Below are positions 1-10,300 of a stretch of DNA of 44,029 nucleotides, piece by piece. A program made the position numbers and the translations under genes. The notes beneath the pieces are model-generated. The model was not told the origin of the DNA. It was given only the letters and a program-made list of their open reading frames with translations, and ran no database searches. This DNA comes from Chiloscyllium plagiosum (taxonomy: Eukaryota). Numbering within the stretch: position 1 is the stretch's first letter; every line of letters starts with the position of its first letter. Location: assembly GCF_004010195.1 (NCBI RefSeq), contig NW_025214458.1:1-44029 (forward strand), read 5' to 3'.

Positions 1-109
1 GATATGTACCAAGTGCTGAAAAATAATTAGGTTAGGATATCTGGCCAATGTGAACAAGTTGGACTGAAGGGTCTGTTTCCGTGCTGTATATCTTTATGAC
101 TCTATGACT
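1..109 (+). mobile_element. 3' end of a CR1-type LINE (shark HER1-like tail), truncated by the window edge
   Basis: Ends GGACTGAAGGGTCTGTTTCCGTGCTGTATATCTTTATGACTCTATGACT: a short stem-loop (GGAC..GTCT, 61-74) followed by an ~8-bp tandem tail (TATGACTC/TATGACT), the typical CR1 3' terminus. Resembles shark CR1 tails from recall; not database-checked. Confidence 0.75.
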
Positions 110-540
110 GTGTCTAGGACGATCACCATGGTGAAAGACCCTCGTTGTTCTGCCTGAAATTTGTTGGTCTGACTAAATTCTTTTGATCTTACAGTGTAAA
201 GGGTTGACCTTGACTGAATGTTGCAGACTGGCACATTCCAAGGTCAGGACTACATGCTGAAGCATTAAGGCCTACGGCTGCTGCTGCCAGTGAACTCAGT
301 CTTTCTATCAAAGTTCAATAAGGGTCCGTTCAGTTATTGGACCCTCCTGGTGCCTCCAGTACATGTAAATATTGTCCTGTATCAGTAAGAAATGCCATGA
401 TTTTTTGGAACTGCAGACGGTGCCAAATTTCAATGTTTGTTTGTTCTTCATGTGCAAAGGCTGTACAGTACTGCTTCAGTCAGTGTGTATGTACAGAAGG
501 ATTTTTTTTATTAATAAAGTATACTTTTGCAATTAAAAAT
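110..540 (+). mobile_element. Decayed 3' end of an L1/Tx1-like non-LTR retrotransposon (ORF2 C-terminus, 3' UTR and A-rich tail)
   Basis: Broken translation RTITMVKD..SA*NLLV ... TECCRLAHSKV / QDYML (ECCRLAHSKV at 216-245) resembles the C-terminus of shark Tx1-like ORF2 as I recall it. A stop and a frameshift are present. Ends with AATAAA (513-518) followed by GTATACTTTTGCAATTAAAAA. Confidence 0.55.
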
Positions 541-747
541 ATTTATTCTTTTTATTACTAAAGTATACATTAACAGACATATCAATTTGGACCCCATTTA
601 CCAACCTCTCAGAAAAAGAACCAGAAGTGATAGCACCCACAACAGACCAAGACAGATAAATAGAAAGTGGGTCATTGACAATGTTACCTAGCATGGTGAT
701 GAAACATCTGAGAACAAATCTGACCAGCTCAGCAGGCAATGGACCTG

Positions 748-794
748 ATACATAAAGATTTTTTAGGAATAAAGTATATTTTTGCAATAAAAAA
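748..794 (+). repeat. Second copy of the AATAAAGTATA-containing retroposon tail
   Basis: ATACATAAAGATTTTTTAGGAATAAAGTATATTTTTGCAATAAAAAA aligns with 491-539 (AATAAA at 768 vs 513). Confidence 0.6.
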
Positions 795-911
795 GTGGTA
801 CAAATGGTAGATGCATTTTTATAAACTTCCAAAATATGGTTTCTCCAGAAGGATCCTGTGGATTGGAAAACAGCCAATACCACATCCTTATTCAAGAACA
901 TTATGAAACAG
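789..911 (+). pseudogene. CR1 LINE ORF2 reverse-transcriptase fragment, 5' part
   Basis: KKVVQMVDAF / INFQN ... PVDWKTANTTSLFKN (DWKTAN from 861) matches the CR1 pre-RT motif P.DWK.ANVTPLFKK. Frameshifted, with a stop at 912. Confidence 0.75.
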
Positions 912-1012
912 TGAGGACGAGGTCCTGAAGAAGGGTCGGCCCGAAACATAAACTCTCTTGCTTTTTGGATGCTGCCTGACCTGCTGTTCCTTTTCCAGTG
1001 CCACACTTTCTC
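912..1012 (+). mobile_element. Short Penelope-like-element (PLE)-derived insert with a hammerhead-like core
   Basis: CTGAAGA-AGGGTCGGCCC-GAAAC (925-947) followed by GGATGCTGCCTGACCTGCTG..TTTTCCAG. It sits between two colinear halves of a CR1 RT motif. The PLE assignment is from recall of this motif type. Confidence 0.6.
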
Positions 1013-1146
1013 AGCCAGAAACTATAGACCAGTTAGTCTAATGTCTGTCATAGGAAAAGCACTAATATCCATTATTAAGGAGGTTATTGCGGGATACTTA
1101 GAAAATCATGATGTAGTGACATTCTTTGTGAATGGGGAATCATGTG
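1013..1146 (+). pseudogene. CR1 LINE ORF2 reverse-transcriptase fragment, 3' part
   Basis: NYRPVSLMSVIGKALISIIKEVIAGYLENHDV..FVNGESC (NYRPVSL at 1020-1040) is the hallmark non-LTR RT N-terminal motif (NYRPVSLTS..GK..E.II...QHGF.KG.SC). The QHGF region is decayed. Confidence 0.85.
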
Positions 1147-1374
1147 TTGTCTAGTTCCTCTTTAAACAAATTAGACAACTCCAATCAGAATGTTATGAAT
1201 GAATTTGCTCAGGCTTCCCACAATACCGAAGCAGTCAAATCACTCTGAACACAATGAAAAACAGTCCCACGTTTATAAGAAACAAGTTACAATAGCTTTT
1301 ACAACAAAACAATTCTATCTCAAATCCTATTTAGCCTCTTATGTTTATGCTACTTTGTGAGTCTCTTGTAGATT

Positions 1375-4300
1375 TGTGCAGCTGCTCTCTCTCACTCTCT
1401 CTATAGCACTGTGATGCTTCTCTCTCTCACTCTCTCTCTATAGCACTGAGCAGCTGCTCTCTCTCACTCTCTCTCTATAGCACTGTGAAGCTGCTCTCTC
1501 TCACTCTCTCTATAGCACTGTGAAGCTGCTCTCTCTCACTCTCTCTCTATAGCACTGTGAAGCTGCTCTCTCTCACTCTCTCTCTATAGCACTGTGAAGC
1601 TGCTCTCTCACTCTCTCTATAGCACTGTGAAGCTGCTCTCTCTCACTCTCTCTATAGCACTGTGAAGCTGCTCTCTCTCACTCTCTCTATAGCACTGTGA
1701 AGCTGCTCTCTCTCACTCTCTCTATAGCACTGTGAAGCTGCTCTCTCTCACTCTCTCTCGATAGCACTGTGAAGCTGCTCTCTCTCACTCTCTCTCTATA
1801 GCACTGTGAAGCTGCTCTCTCTCACTCTCTCTATAGCACTGTGAAGCTGCTCTCTCTCACTCTCTCTATAGCACTGTGAAGCTGCTCTCTCTCACTCTCT
1901 CTATAGCACTGTGAAGCTGCTCTCTCTCACTCTCTCTATAGCACTGTGAAGCTGCTCTCTCTCACTCTCTCTATAGCACTGTGAAGCTGCTCTCTCTCAC
2001 TCTCTCTATAGCACTGTGAAGCTGCTCTCTCTCACTCTCTCTATAGCACTGTGAAGCTGCTCTCTCTCACTATCGCTATAGCACTGTGAAGCTGCTCTCT
2101 CTCACTATCGCTATAGCACTGTGAAGCTGCTCTCTCTCACTATCGCTATAGCACTGTGAAGCTGCTCTCTCTCACTCTCTCTATAGCACTGTGAAGCTGC
2201 TCTCTCTCACTCTCTCTATAGCACTGTGAAGCTGCTCTCTCTCACTCTCTCTATAGCACTGTGAAGCTGCTCTCTCTCACTCTCTCTATAGCACTGTGAA
2301 GCTGCTCTCTCTCACTCTCTCTATAGCACTGTGAAGCTGCTCTCTCTCACTCTCTCTATAGCACTGTGAAGCTGCTCTCTCTCACTCACTCTATAGCACT
2401 GTGAAGCTGCTCTCTCTCACTCTCTCTCTATAGCACTGTGAAGCTGCTCTCTCTCACTCTCTCTCTATAGCACTGTGAAGCTGCTCTCTCTCACTCTCTC
2501 TCTATAGCACTGTGAAGCTGCTCTCTCTCACTCTCTCTCTATAGCACTGTGAAGCTGCTCTCTCTCACTCTCTCTCTATAGCACTGTGAAGCTGCTCTCT
2601 CTCACTCTCTCTCTATAGCACTGTGAAGCTGCTCTCTCTCACTCTCTCTCTATAGCACTGTGAAGCTGCTCTCTCTCACTCTCTCTCTATAGCACTGTGA
2701 AGCTGCTCTCTCTCACTCTCTCTCTATAGCACTGTGAAGCTGCTCTCTCTCACTCTCTCTCTATAGCACTGTGAAGCTGCTCTCTCTCACTCTCTCTCTA
2801 TAGCACTGTGAAGCTGCTCTCTCTCACTCTCTCTCTATAGCACTGTGAAGCTGCTCTCTCTCACTCTCTCTCTATAGCACTGTGAAGCTGCTCTCTCTCA
2901 CTCTCTCTCTATAGCACTGTGAAGCTGCTCTCTCTCACTCTCTCTCTATAGCACTGTGAAGCTGCTCTCTCTCACTCTCTCTCTATAGCACTGTGAAGCT
3001 GCTCTCTCTCACTCTCTCTCTATAGCACTGTGAAGCTGCTCTCTCTCACTCTCTCTCTATAGCACTGTGAAGCTGCTCTCTCTCACTCTCTCTCTATAGC
3101 ACTGTGAAGCTGCTCTCTCTCACTCTCTCTCTATAGCACTGTGAAGCTGCTCTCTCTCACTCTCTCTCTATAGCACTGTGAAGCTGCTCTCTCTCACTCT
3201 CTCTCTATAGCACTGTGAAGCTGCTCTCTCTCACTCTCTCTCTATAGCACTGTGAAGCTGCTCTCTCTCACTCTCTCTCTATAGCACTGTGAAGCTGCTC
3301 TCTCTCACTCTCTCTCTATAGCACTGTGAAGCTGCTCTCTCTCACTCTCTCTCTATAGCACTGTGAAGCTGCTCTCTCTCACTCTCTCTATAGCACTGTG
3401 AAGCTGCTCTCTCTCACTCTCTCTCTATAGCACTGTGAAGCTGCTCTCTCTCACTCTCTCTCTATAGCACTGTGAAGCTGCTCTCTCTCACTCTCTCTCT
3501 ATAGCACTGTGAAGCTGCTCTCTCTCACTCTCTCTCTATAGCACTGTGAAGCTGCTCTCTCTCACTCTCTCTCTATAGCACTGTGAAGCTGCTCTCTCTC
3601 ACTCTCTCTCTATAGCACTGTGAAGCTGCTCTCTCTCACTCTCTCTCTATAGCACTGTGAAGCTGCTCTCTCTCACTCTCTCTCTATAGCACTGTGAAGC
3701 TGCTCTCTCTCACTCTCTCTCTATAGCACTGTGAAGCTGCTCTCTCTCACTCTCTCTCTATAGCACTGTGAAGCTGCTCTCTCTCACTCTCTCTCTATAG
3801 CACTGTGAAGCTGCTCTCTCTCACTCTCTCTCTATAGCACTGTGAAGCTGCTCTCTCTCACTCTCTCTCTATAGCACTGTGAAGCTGCTCTCTCTCACTC
3901 TCTCTCTATAGCACTGTGAAGCTGCTCTCTCTCACTCTCTCTCTATAGCACTGTGAAGCTGCTCTCTCTCACTCTCTCTCTATAGCACTGTGAAGCTGCT
4001 CTCTCTCACTCTCTCTATAGCACTGTGAAGCTGCTCTCTCTCACTCTCTCTCTATAGCACTGTGAAGCTGCTCTCTCTCACTCTCTCTCTATAGCACTGT
4101 GAAGCTGCTCTCTCTCACTCTCTCTCTATAGCACTGTGAAGCTGCTCTCTCTCACTCTCTCTCTATAGCACTGTGAAGCTGCTCTCTCTCACTCTCTCTC
4201 TATAGCACTGTGAAGCTGCTCTCTCTCACTCTCTCTCTATAGCACTGTGAAGCTGCTCTCTCTCACTCTCTCTCTATAGCACTGTGAAGCTGCTCTCTCT

Positions 4301-7300
4301 CACTCTCTCTCTATAGCACTGTGAAGCTGCTCTCTCTCACTCTCTCTCTATAGCACTGTGAAGCTGCTCTCTCTCACTCTCTCTCTATAGCACTGTGAAG
4401 CTGCTCTCTCTCACTCTCTCTCTATAGCACTGTGAAGCTGCTCTCTCTCACTCTCTCTCTATAGCACTGTGAAGCTGCTCTCTCTCACTCTCTCTCTATA
4501 GCACTGTGAAGCTGCTCTCTCTCACTCTCTCTCTATAGCACTGTGAAGCTGCTCTCTCTCACTCTCTCTCTATAGCACTGTGAAGCTGCTCTCTCTCACT
4601 CTCTCTCTATAGCACTGTGAAGCTGCTCTCTCTCACTCTCTCTATAGCACTGTGAAGCTGCTCTCTCTCACTCTCTCTCTATAGCACTGTGAAGCTGCTC
4701 TCTCTCACTCTCTCTCTATAGCACTGTGAAGCTGCTCTCTCTCACTCTCTCTCTATAGCACTGTGAAGCTGCTCTCTCTCACTCTCTCTCTATAGCACTG
4801 TGAAGCTGCTCTCTCTCACTCTCTCTCTATAGCACTGTGAAGCTGCTCTCTCTCACTCTCTCTCTATAGCACTGTGAAGCTGCTCTCTCTCACTCTCTCT
4901 CTATAGCACTGTGAAGCTGCTCTCTCTCACTCTCTCTCTATAGCACTGTGAAGCTGCTCTCTCTCACTCTCTCTCTATAGCACTGTGAAGCTGCTCTCTC
5001 TCACTCTCTCTCTATAGCACTGTGAAGCTGCTCTCTCTCACTCTCTCTCTATAGCACTGTGAAGCTGCTCTCTCTCACTCTCTCTCTATAGCACTGTGAA
5101 GCTGCTCTCTCTCACTCTCTCTCTATAGCACTGTGAAGCTGCTCTCTCTCACTCTCACTCTATAGCACTGTGAAGCTGCTCTCTCTCACTCTCTCTCTAT
5201 AGCACTGTGAAGCTGCTCTCTCTCACTCTCTCTCTATAGCACTGTGAAGCTGCTCTCTCTCACTCTCTCTCTATAGCACTGTGAAGCTGCTCTCTCTCAC
5301 TCTCTCTCTATAGCACTGTGAAGCTGCTCTCTCTCACTCTCTCTCTATAGCACTGTGAAGCTGCTCTCTCTCACTCTCTCTCTATAGCACTGTGAAGCTG
5401 CTCTCTCTCACTCTCTCTCTATAGCACTGTGAAGCTGCTCTCTCTCACTCTCTCTCTATAGCACTGTGAAGCTGCTCTCTCTCACTCTCTCTCTATAGCA
5501 CTGTGAAGCTGCTCTCTCTCACTCTCTCTCTATAGCACTGTGAAGCTGCTCTCTCTCACTCTCTCTCTATAGCACTGTGAAGCTGCTCTCTCTCACTCTC
5601 TCTCTATAGCACTGTGAAGCTGCTCTCTCTCACTCTCTCTCTATAGCACTGTGAAGCTGCTCTCTCTCACTCTCTCTCTATAGCACTGTGAAGCTGCTCT
5701 CTCTCACTCTCTCTCTATAGCACTGTGAAGCTGCTCTCTCTCACTCTCTCTCTATAGCACTGTGAAGCTGCTCTCTCTCACTCTCTCTCTATAGCACTGT
5801 GAAGCTGCTCTCTCTCACTCTCTCTATAGCACTGTGAAGCTGCTCTCTCTCACTCTCTCTCTATAGCACTGTGAAGCTGCTCTCTCTCACTCTCTCTCTA
5901 TAGCACTGTGAAGCTGCTCTCTCTCACTCTCTCTCTATAGCACTGTGAAGCTGCTCTCTCTCACTCTCTCTCTATAGCACTGTGAAGCTGCTCTCTCTCA
6001 CTCTCTCTCTATAGCACTGTGAAGCTGCTCTCTCTCACTCTCTCTCTATAGCACTGTGAAGCTGCTCTCTCTCACTCTCTCTCTATAGCACTGTGAAGCT
6101 GCTCTCTCTCACTCTCTCTCTATAGCACTGTGAAGCTGCTCTCTCTCACTCTCTCTCTATAGCACTGTGAAGCTGCTCTCTCTCACTCTCTCTCTATAGC
6201 ACTGTGAAGCTGCTCTCTCTCACTCTCTCTCTATAGCACTGTGAAGCTGCTCTCTCTCACTCTCTCTCTATAGCACTGTGAAGCTGCTCTCTCTCACTCT
6301 CTCTCTATAGCACTGTGAAGCTGCTCTCTCTCACTCTCTCTCTATAGCACTGTGAAGCTGCTCTCTCTCACTCTCTCTCTATAGCACTGTGAAGCTGCTC
6401 TCTCTCACTCTCTCTCTATAGCACTGTGAAGCTGCTCTCTCTCACTCTCTCTATAGCACTGTGAAGCTGCTCTCTCTCACTCTCTCTCTATAGCACTGTG
6501 AAGCTGCTCTCTCTCACTCTCTCTCTATAGCACTGTGAAGCTGCTCTCTCTCACTCTCTCTCTATAGCACTGTGAAGCTGCTCTCTCTCACTCTCTCTCT
6601 ATAGCACTGTGAAGCTGCTCTCTCTCACTCTCTCTCTATAGCACTGTGAAGCTGCTCTCTCTCACTCTCTCTCTATAGCACTGTGAAGCTGCTCTCTCTC
6701 ACTCTCTCTCTATAGCACTGTGAAGCTGCTCTCTCTCACTCTCTCTCTATAGCACTGTGAAGCTGCTCTCTCTCACTCTCTCTCTATAGCACTGTGAAGC
6801 TGCTCTCTCTCACTCTCTCTCTATAGCACTGTGAAGCTGCTCTCTCTCACTCTCTCTCTATAGCACTGTGAAGCTGCTCTCTCTCACTCTCTCTCTATAG
6901 CACTGTGAAGCTGCTCTCTCTCACTCTCTCTCTATAGCACTGTGAAGCTGCTCTCTCTCACTCTCTCTCTATAGCACTGTGAAGCTGCTCTCTCTCACTC
7001 TCTCTCTATAGCACTGTGAAGCTGCTCTCTCTCACTCTCTCTCTATAGCACTGTGAAGCTGCTCTCTCTCACTCTCTCTATAGCACTGTGAAGCTGCTCT
7101 CTCTCACTCTCTCTCTATAGCACTGTGAAGCTGCTCTCTCTCACTCTCTCTCTATAGCACTGTGAAGCTGCTCTCTCTCACTCTCTCTCTATAGCACTGT
7201 GAAGCTGCTCTCTCTCACTCTCTCTCTATAGCACTGTGAAGCTGCTCTCTCTCACTCTCTCTCTATAGCACTGTGAAGCTGCTCTCTCTCACTCTCTCTC

Positions 7301-10300
7301 TATAGCACTGTGAAGCTGCTCTCTCTCACTCTCTCTCTATAGCACTGTGAAGCTGCTCTCTCTCACTCTCTCTCTATAGCACTGTGAAGCTGCTCTCTCT
7401 CACTCTCTCTCTATAGCACTGTGAAGCTGCTCTCTCTCACTCTCTCTCTATAGCACTGTGAAGCTGCTCTCTCTCACTCTCTCTCTATAGCACTGTGAAG
7501 CTGCTCTCTCTCACTCTCTCTCTATAGCACTGTGAAGCTGCTCTCTCTCACTCTCTCTCTATAGCACTGTGAAGCTGCTCTCTCTCACTCTCTCTCTATA
7601 GCACTGTGAAGCTGCTCTCTCTCACTCTCTCTCTATAGCACTGTGAAGCTGCTCTCTCTCACTCTCTCTCTATAGCACTGTGAAGCTGCTCTCTCTCACT
7701 CTCTCTATAGCACTGTGAAGCTGCTCTCTCTCACTCTCTCTCTATAGCACTGTGAAGCTGCTCTCTCTCACTCTCTCTCTATAGCACTGTGAAGCTGCTC
7801 TCTCTCACTCTCTCTCTATAGCACTGTGAAGCTGCTCTCTCTCACTCTCTCTCTATAGCACTGTGAAGCTGCTCTCTCTCACTCTCTCTCTATAGCACTG
7901 TGAAGCTGCTCTCTCTCACTCTCTCTCTATAGCACTGTGAAGCTGCTCTCTCTCACTCTCTCTCTATAGCACTGTGAAGCTGCTCTCTCTCACTCTCTCT
8001 CTATAGCACTGTGAAGCTGCTCTCTCTCACTCTCTCTCTATAGCACTGTGAAGCTGCTCTCTCTCACTCTCTCTCTATAGCACTGTGAAGCTGCTCTCTC
8101 TCACTCTCTCTCTATAGCACTGTGAAGCTGCTCTCTCTCACTCTCTCTCTATAGCACTGTGAAGCTGCTCTCTCTCACTCTCTCTCTATAGCACTGTGAA
8201 GCTGCTCTCTCTCACTCTCTCTCTATAGCACTGTGAAGCTGCTCTCTCTCACTCTCTCTCTATAGCACTGTGAAGCTGCTCTCTCTCACTCTCTCTCTAT
8301 AGCACTGTGAAGCTGCTCTCTCTCACTCTCTCTATAGCACTGTGAAGCTGCTCTCTCTCACTCTCTCTCTATAGCACTGTGAAGCTGCTCTCTCTCACTC
8401 TCTCTCTATAGCACTGTGAAGCTGCTCTCTCTCACTCTCTCTCTATAGCACTGTGAAGCTGCTCTCTCTCACTCTCTCTCTATAGCACTGTGAAGCTGCT
8501 CTCTCTCACTCTCTCTCTATAGCACTGTGAAGCTGCTCTCTCTCACTCTCTCTCTATAGCACTGTGAAGCTGCTCTCTCTCACTCTCTCTCTATAGCACT
8601 GTGAAGCTGCTCTCTCTCACTCTCTCTCTATAGCACTGTGAAGCTGCTCTCTCTCACTCTCTCTCTATAGCACTGTGAAGCTGCTCTCTCTCACTCTCTC
8701 TCTATAGCACTGTGAAGCTGCTCTCTCTCACTCTCTCTCTATAGCACTGTGAAGCTGCTCTCTCTCACTCTCTCTCTATAGCACTGTGAAGCTGCTCTCT
8801 CTCACTCTCTCTCTATAGCACTGTGAAGCTGCTCTCTCTCACTCTCTCTCTATAGCACTGTGAAGCTGCTCTCTCTCACTCTCTCTCTATAGCACTGTGA
8901 AGCTGCTCTCTCTCACTCTCTCTCTATAGCACTGTGAAGCTGCTCTCTCTCACTCTCTCTATAGCACTGTGAAGCTGCTCTCTCTCACTCTCTCTCTATA
9001 GCACTGTGAAGCTGCTCTCTCTCACTCTCTCTCTATAGCACTGTGAAGCTGCTCTCTCTCACTCTCTCTCTATAGCACTGTGAAGCTGCTCTCTCTCACT
9101 CTCTCTCTATAGCACTGTGAAGCTGCTCTCTCTCACTCTCTCTCTATAGCACTGTGAAGCTGCTCTCTCTCACTCTCTCTCTATAGCACTGTGAAGCTGC
9201 TCTCTCTCACTCTCTCTCTATAGCACTGTGAAGCTGCTCTCTCTCACTCTCTCTCTATAGCACTGTGAAGCTGCTCTCTCTCACTCTCTCTCTATAGCAC
9301 TGTGAAGCTGCTCTCTCTCACTCTCTCTCTATAGCACTGTGAAGCTGCTCTCTCTCACTCTCTCTCTATAGCACTGTGAAGCTGCTCTCTCTCACTCTCT
9401 CTCTATAGCACTGTGAAGCTGCTCTCTCTCACTCTCTCTCTATAGCACTGTGAAGCTGCTCTCTCTCACTCTCTCTCTATAGCACTGTGAAGCTGCTCTC
9501 TCTCACTCTCTCTCTATAGCACTGTGAAGCTGCTCTCTCTCACTCTCTCTCTATAGCACTGTGAAGCTGCTCTCTCTCACTCTCTCTATAGCACTGTGAA
9601 GCTGCTCTCTCTCACTCTCTCTCTATAGCACTGTGAAGCTGCTCTCTCTCACTCTCTCTCTATAGCACTGTGAAGCTGCTCTCTCTCACTCTCTCTCTAT
9701 AGCACTGTGAAGCTGCTCTCTCTCACTCTCTCTCTATAGCACTGTGAAGCTGCTCTCTCTCACTCTCTCTCTATAGCACTGTGAAGCTGCTCTCTCTCAC
9801 TCTCTCTCTATAGCACTGTGAAGCTGCTCTCTCTCACTCTCTCTCTATAGCACTGTGAAGCTGCTCTCTCTCACTCTCTCTCTATAGCACTGTGAAGCTG
9901 CTCTCTCTCACTCTCTCTCTATAGCACTGTGAAGCTGCTCTCTCTCACTCTCTCTCTATAGCACTGTGAAGCTGCTCTCTCTCACTCTCTCTCTATAGCA
10001 CTGTGAAGCTGCTCTCTCTCACTCTCTCTCTATAGCACTGTGAAGCTGCTCTCTCTCACTCTCTCTCTATAGCACTGTGAAGCTGCTCTCTCTCACTCTC
10101 TCTCTATAGCACTGTGAAGCTGCTCTCTCTCACTCTCTCTCTATAGCACTGTGAAGCTGCTCTCTCTCACTCTCTCTCTATAGCACTGTGAAGCTGCTCT
10201 CTCTCACTCTCTCTATAGCACTGTGAAGCTGCTCTCTCTCACTCTCTCTCTATAGCACTGTGAAGCTGCTCTCTCTCACTCTCTCTCTATAGCACTGTGA

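Noticed and set aside
337..1006. ORFs 337..561 (+) and 533..1006 (-)
   Set aside because: They cross several unrelated retroelement remnants, either in UTR or antisense, and show no recognisable domain. Chance ORFs.
969..1154. 61-aa ORF as a functional gene
   Set aside because: It is a chimera of the PLE-like insert (first ~15 codons) and a decayed CR1 RT fragment.
1155..1362. Unassigned AT-rich stretch, possibly an LTR or other repeat
   Set aside because: No motif, terminal repeat or coding similarity that I can support.
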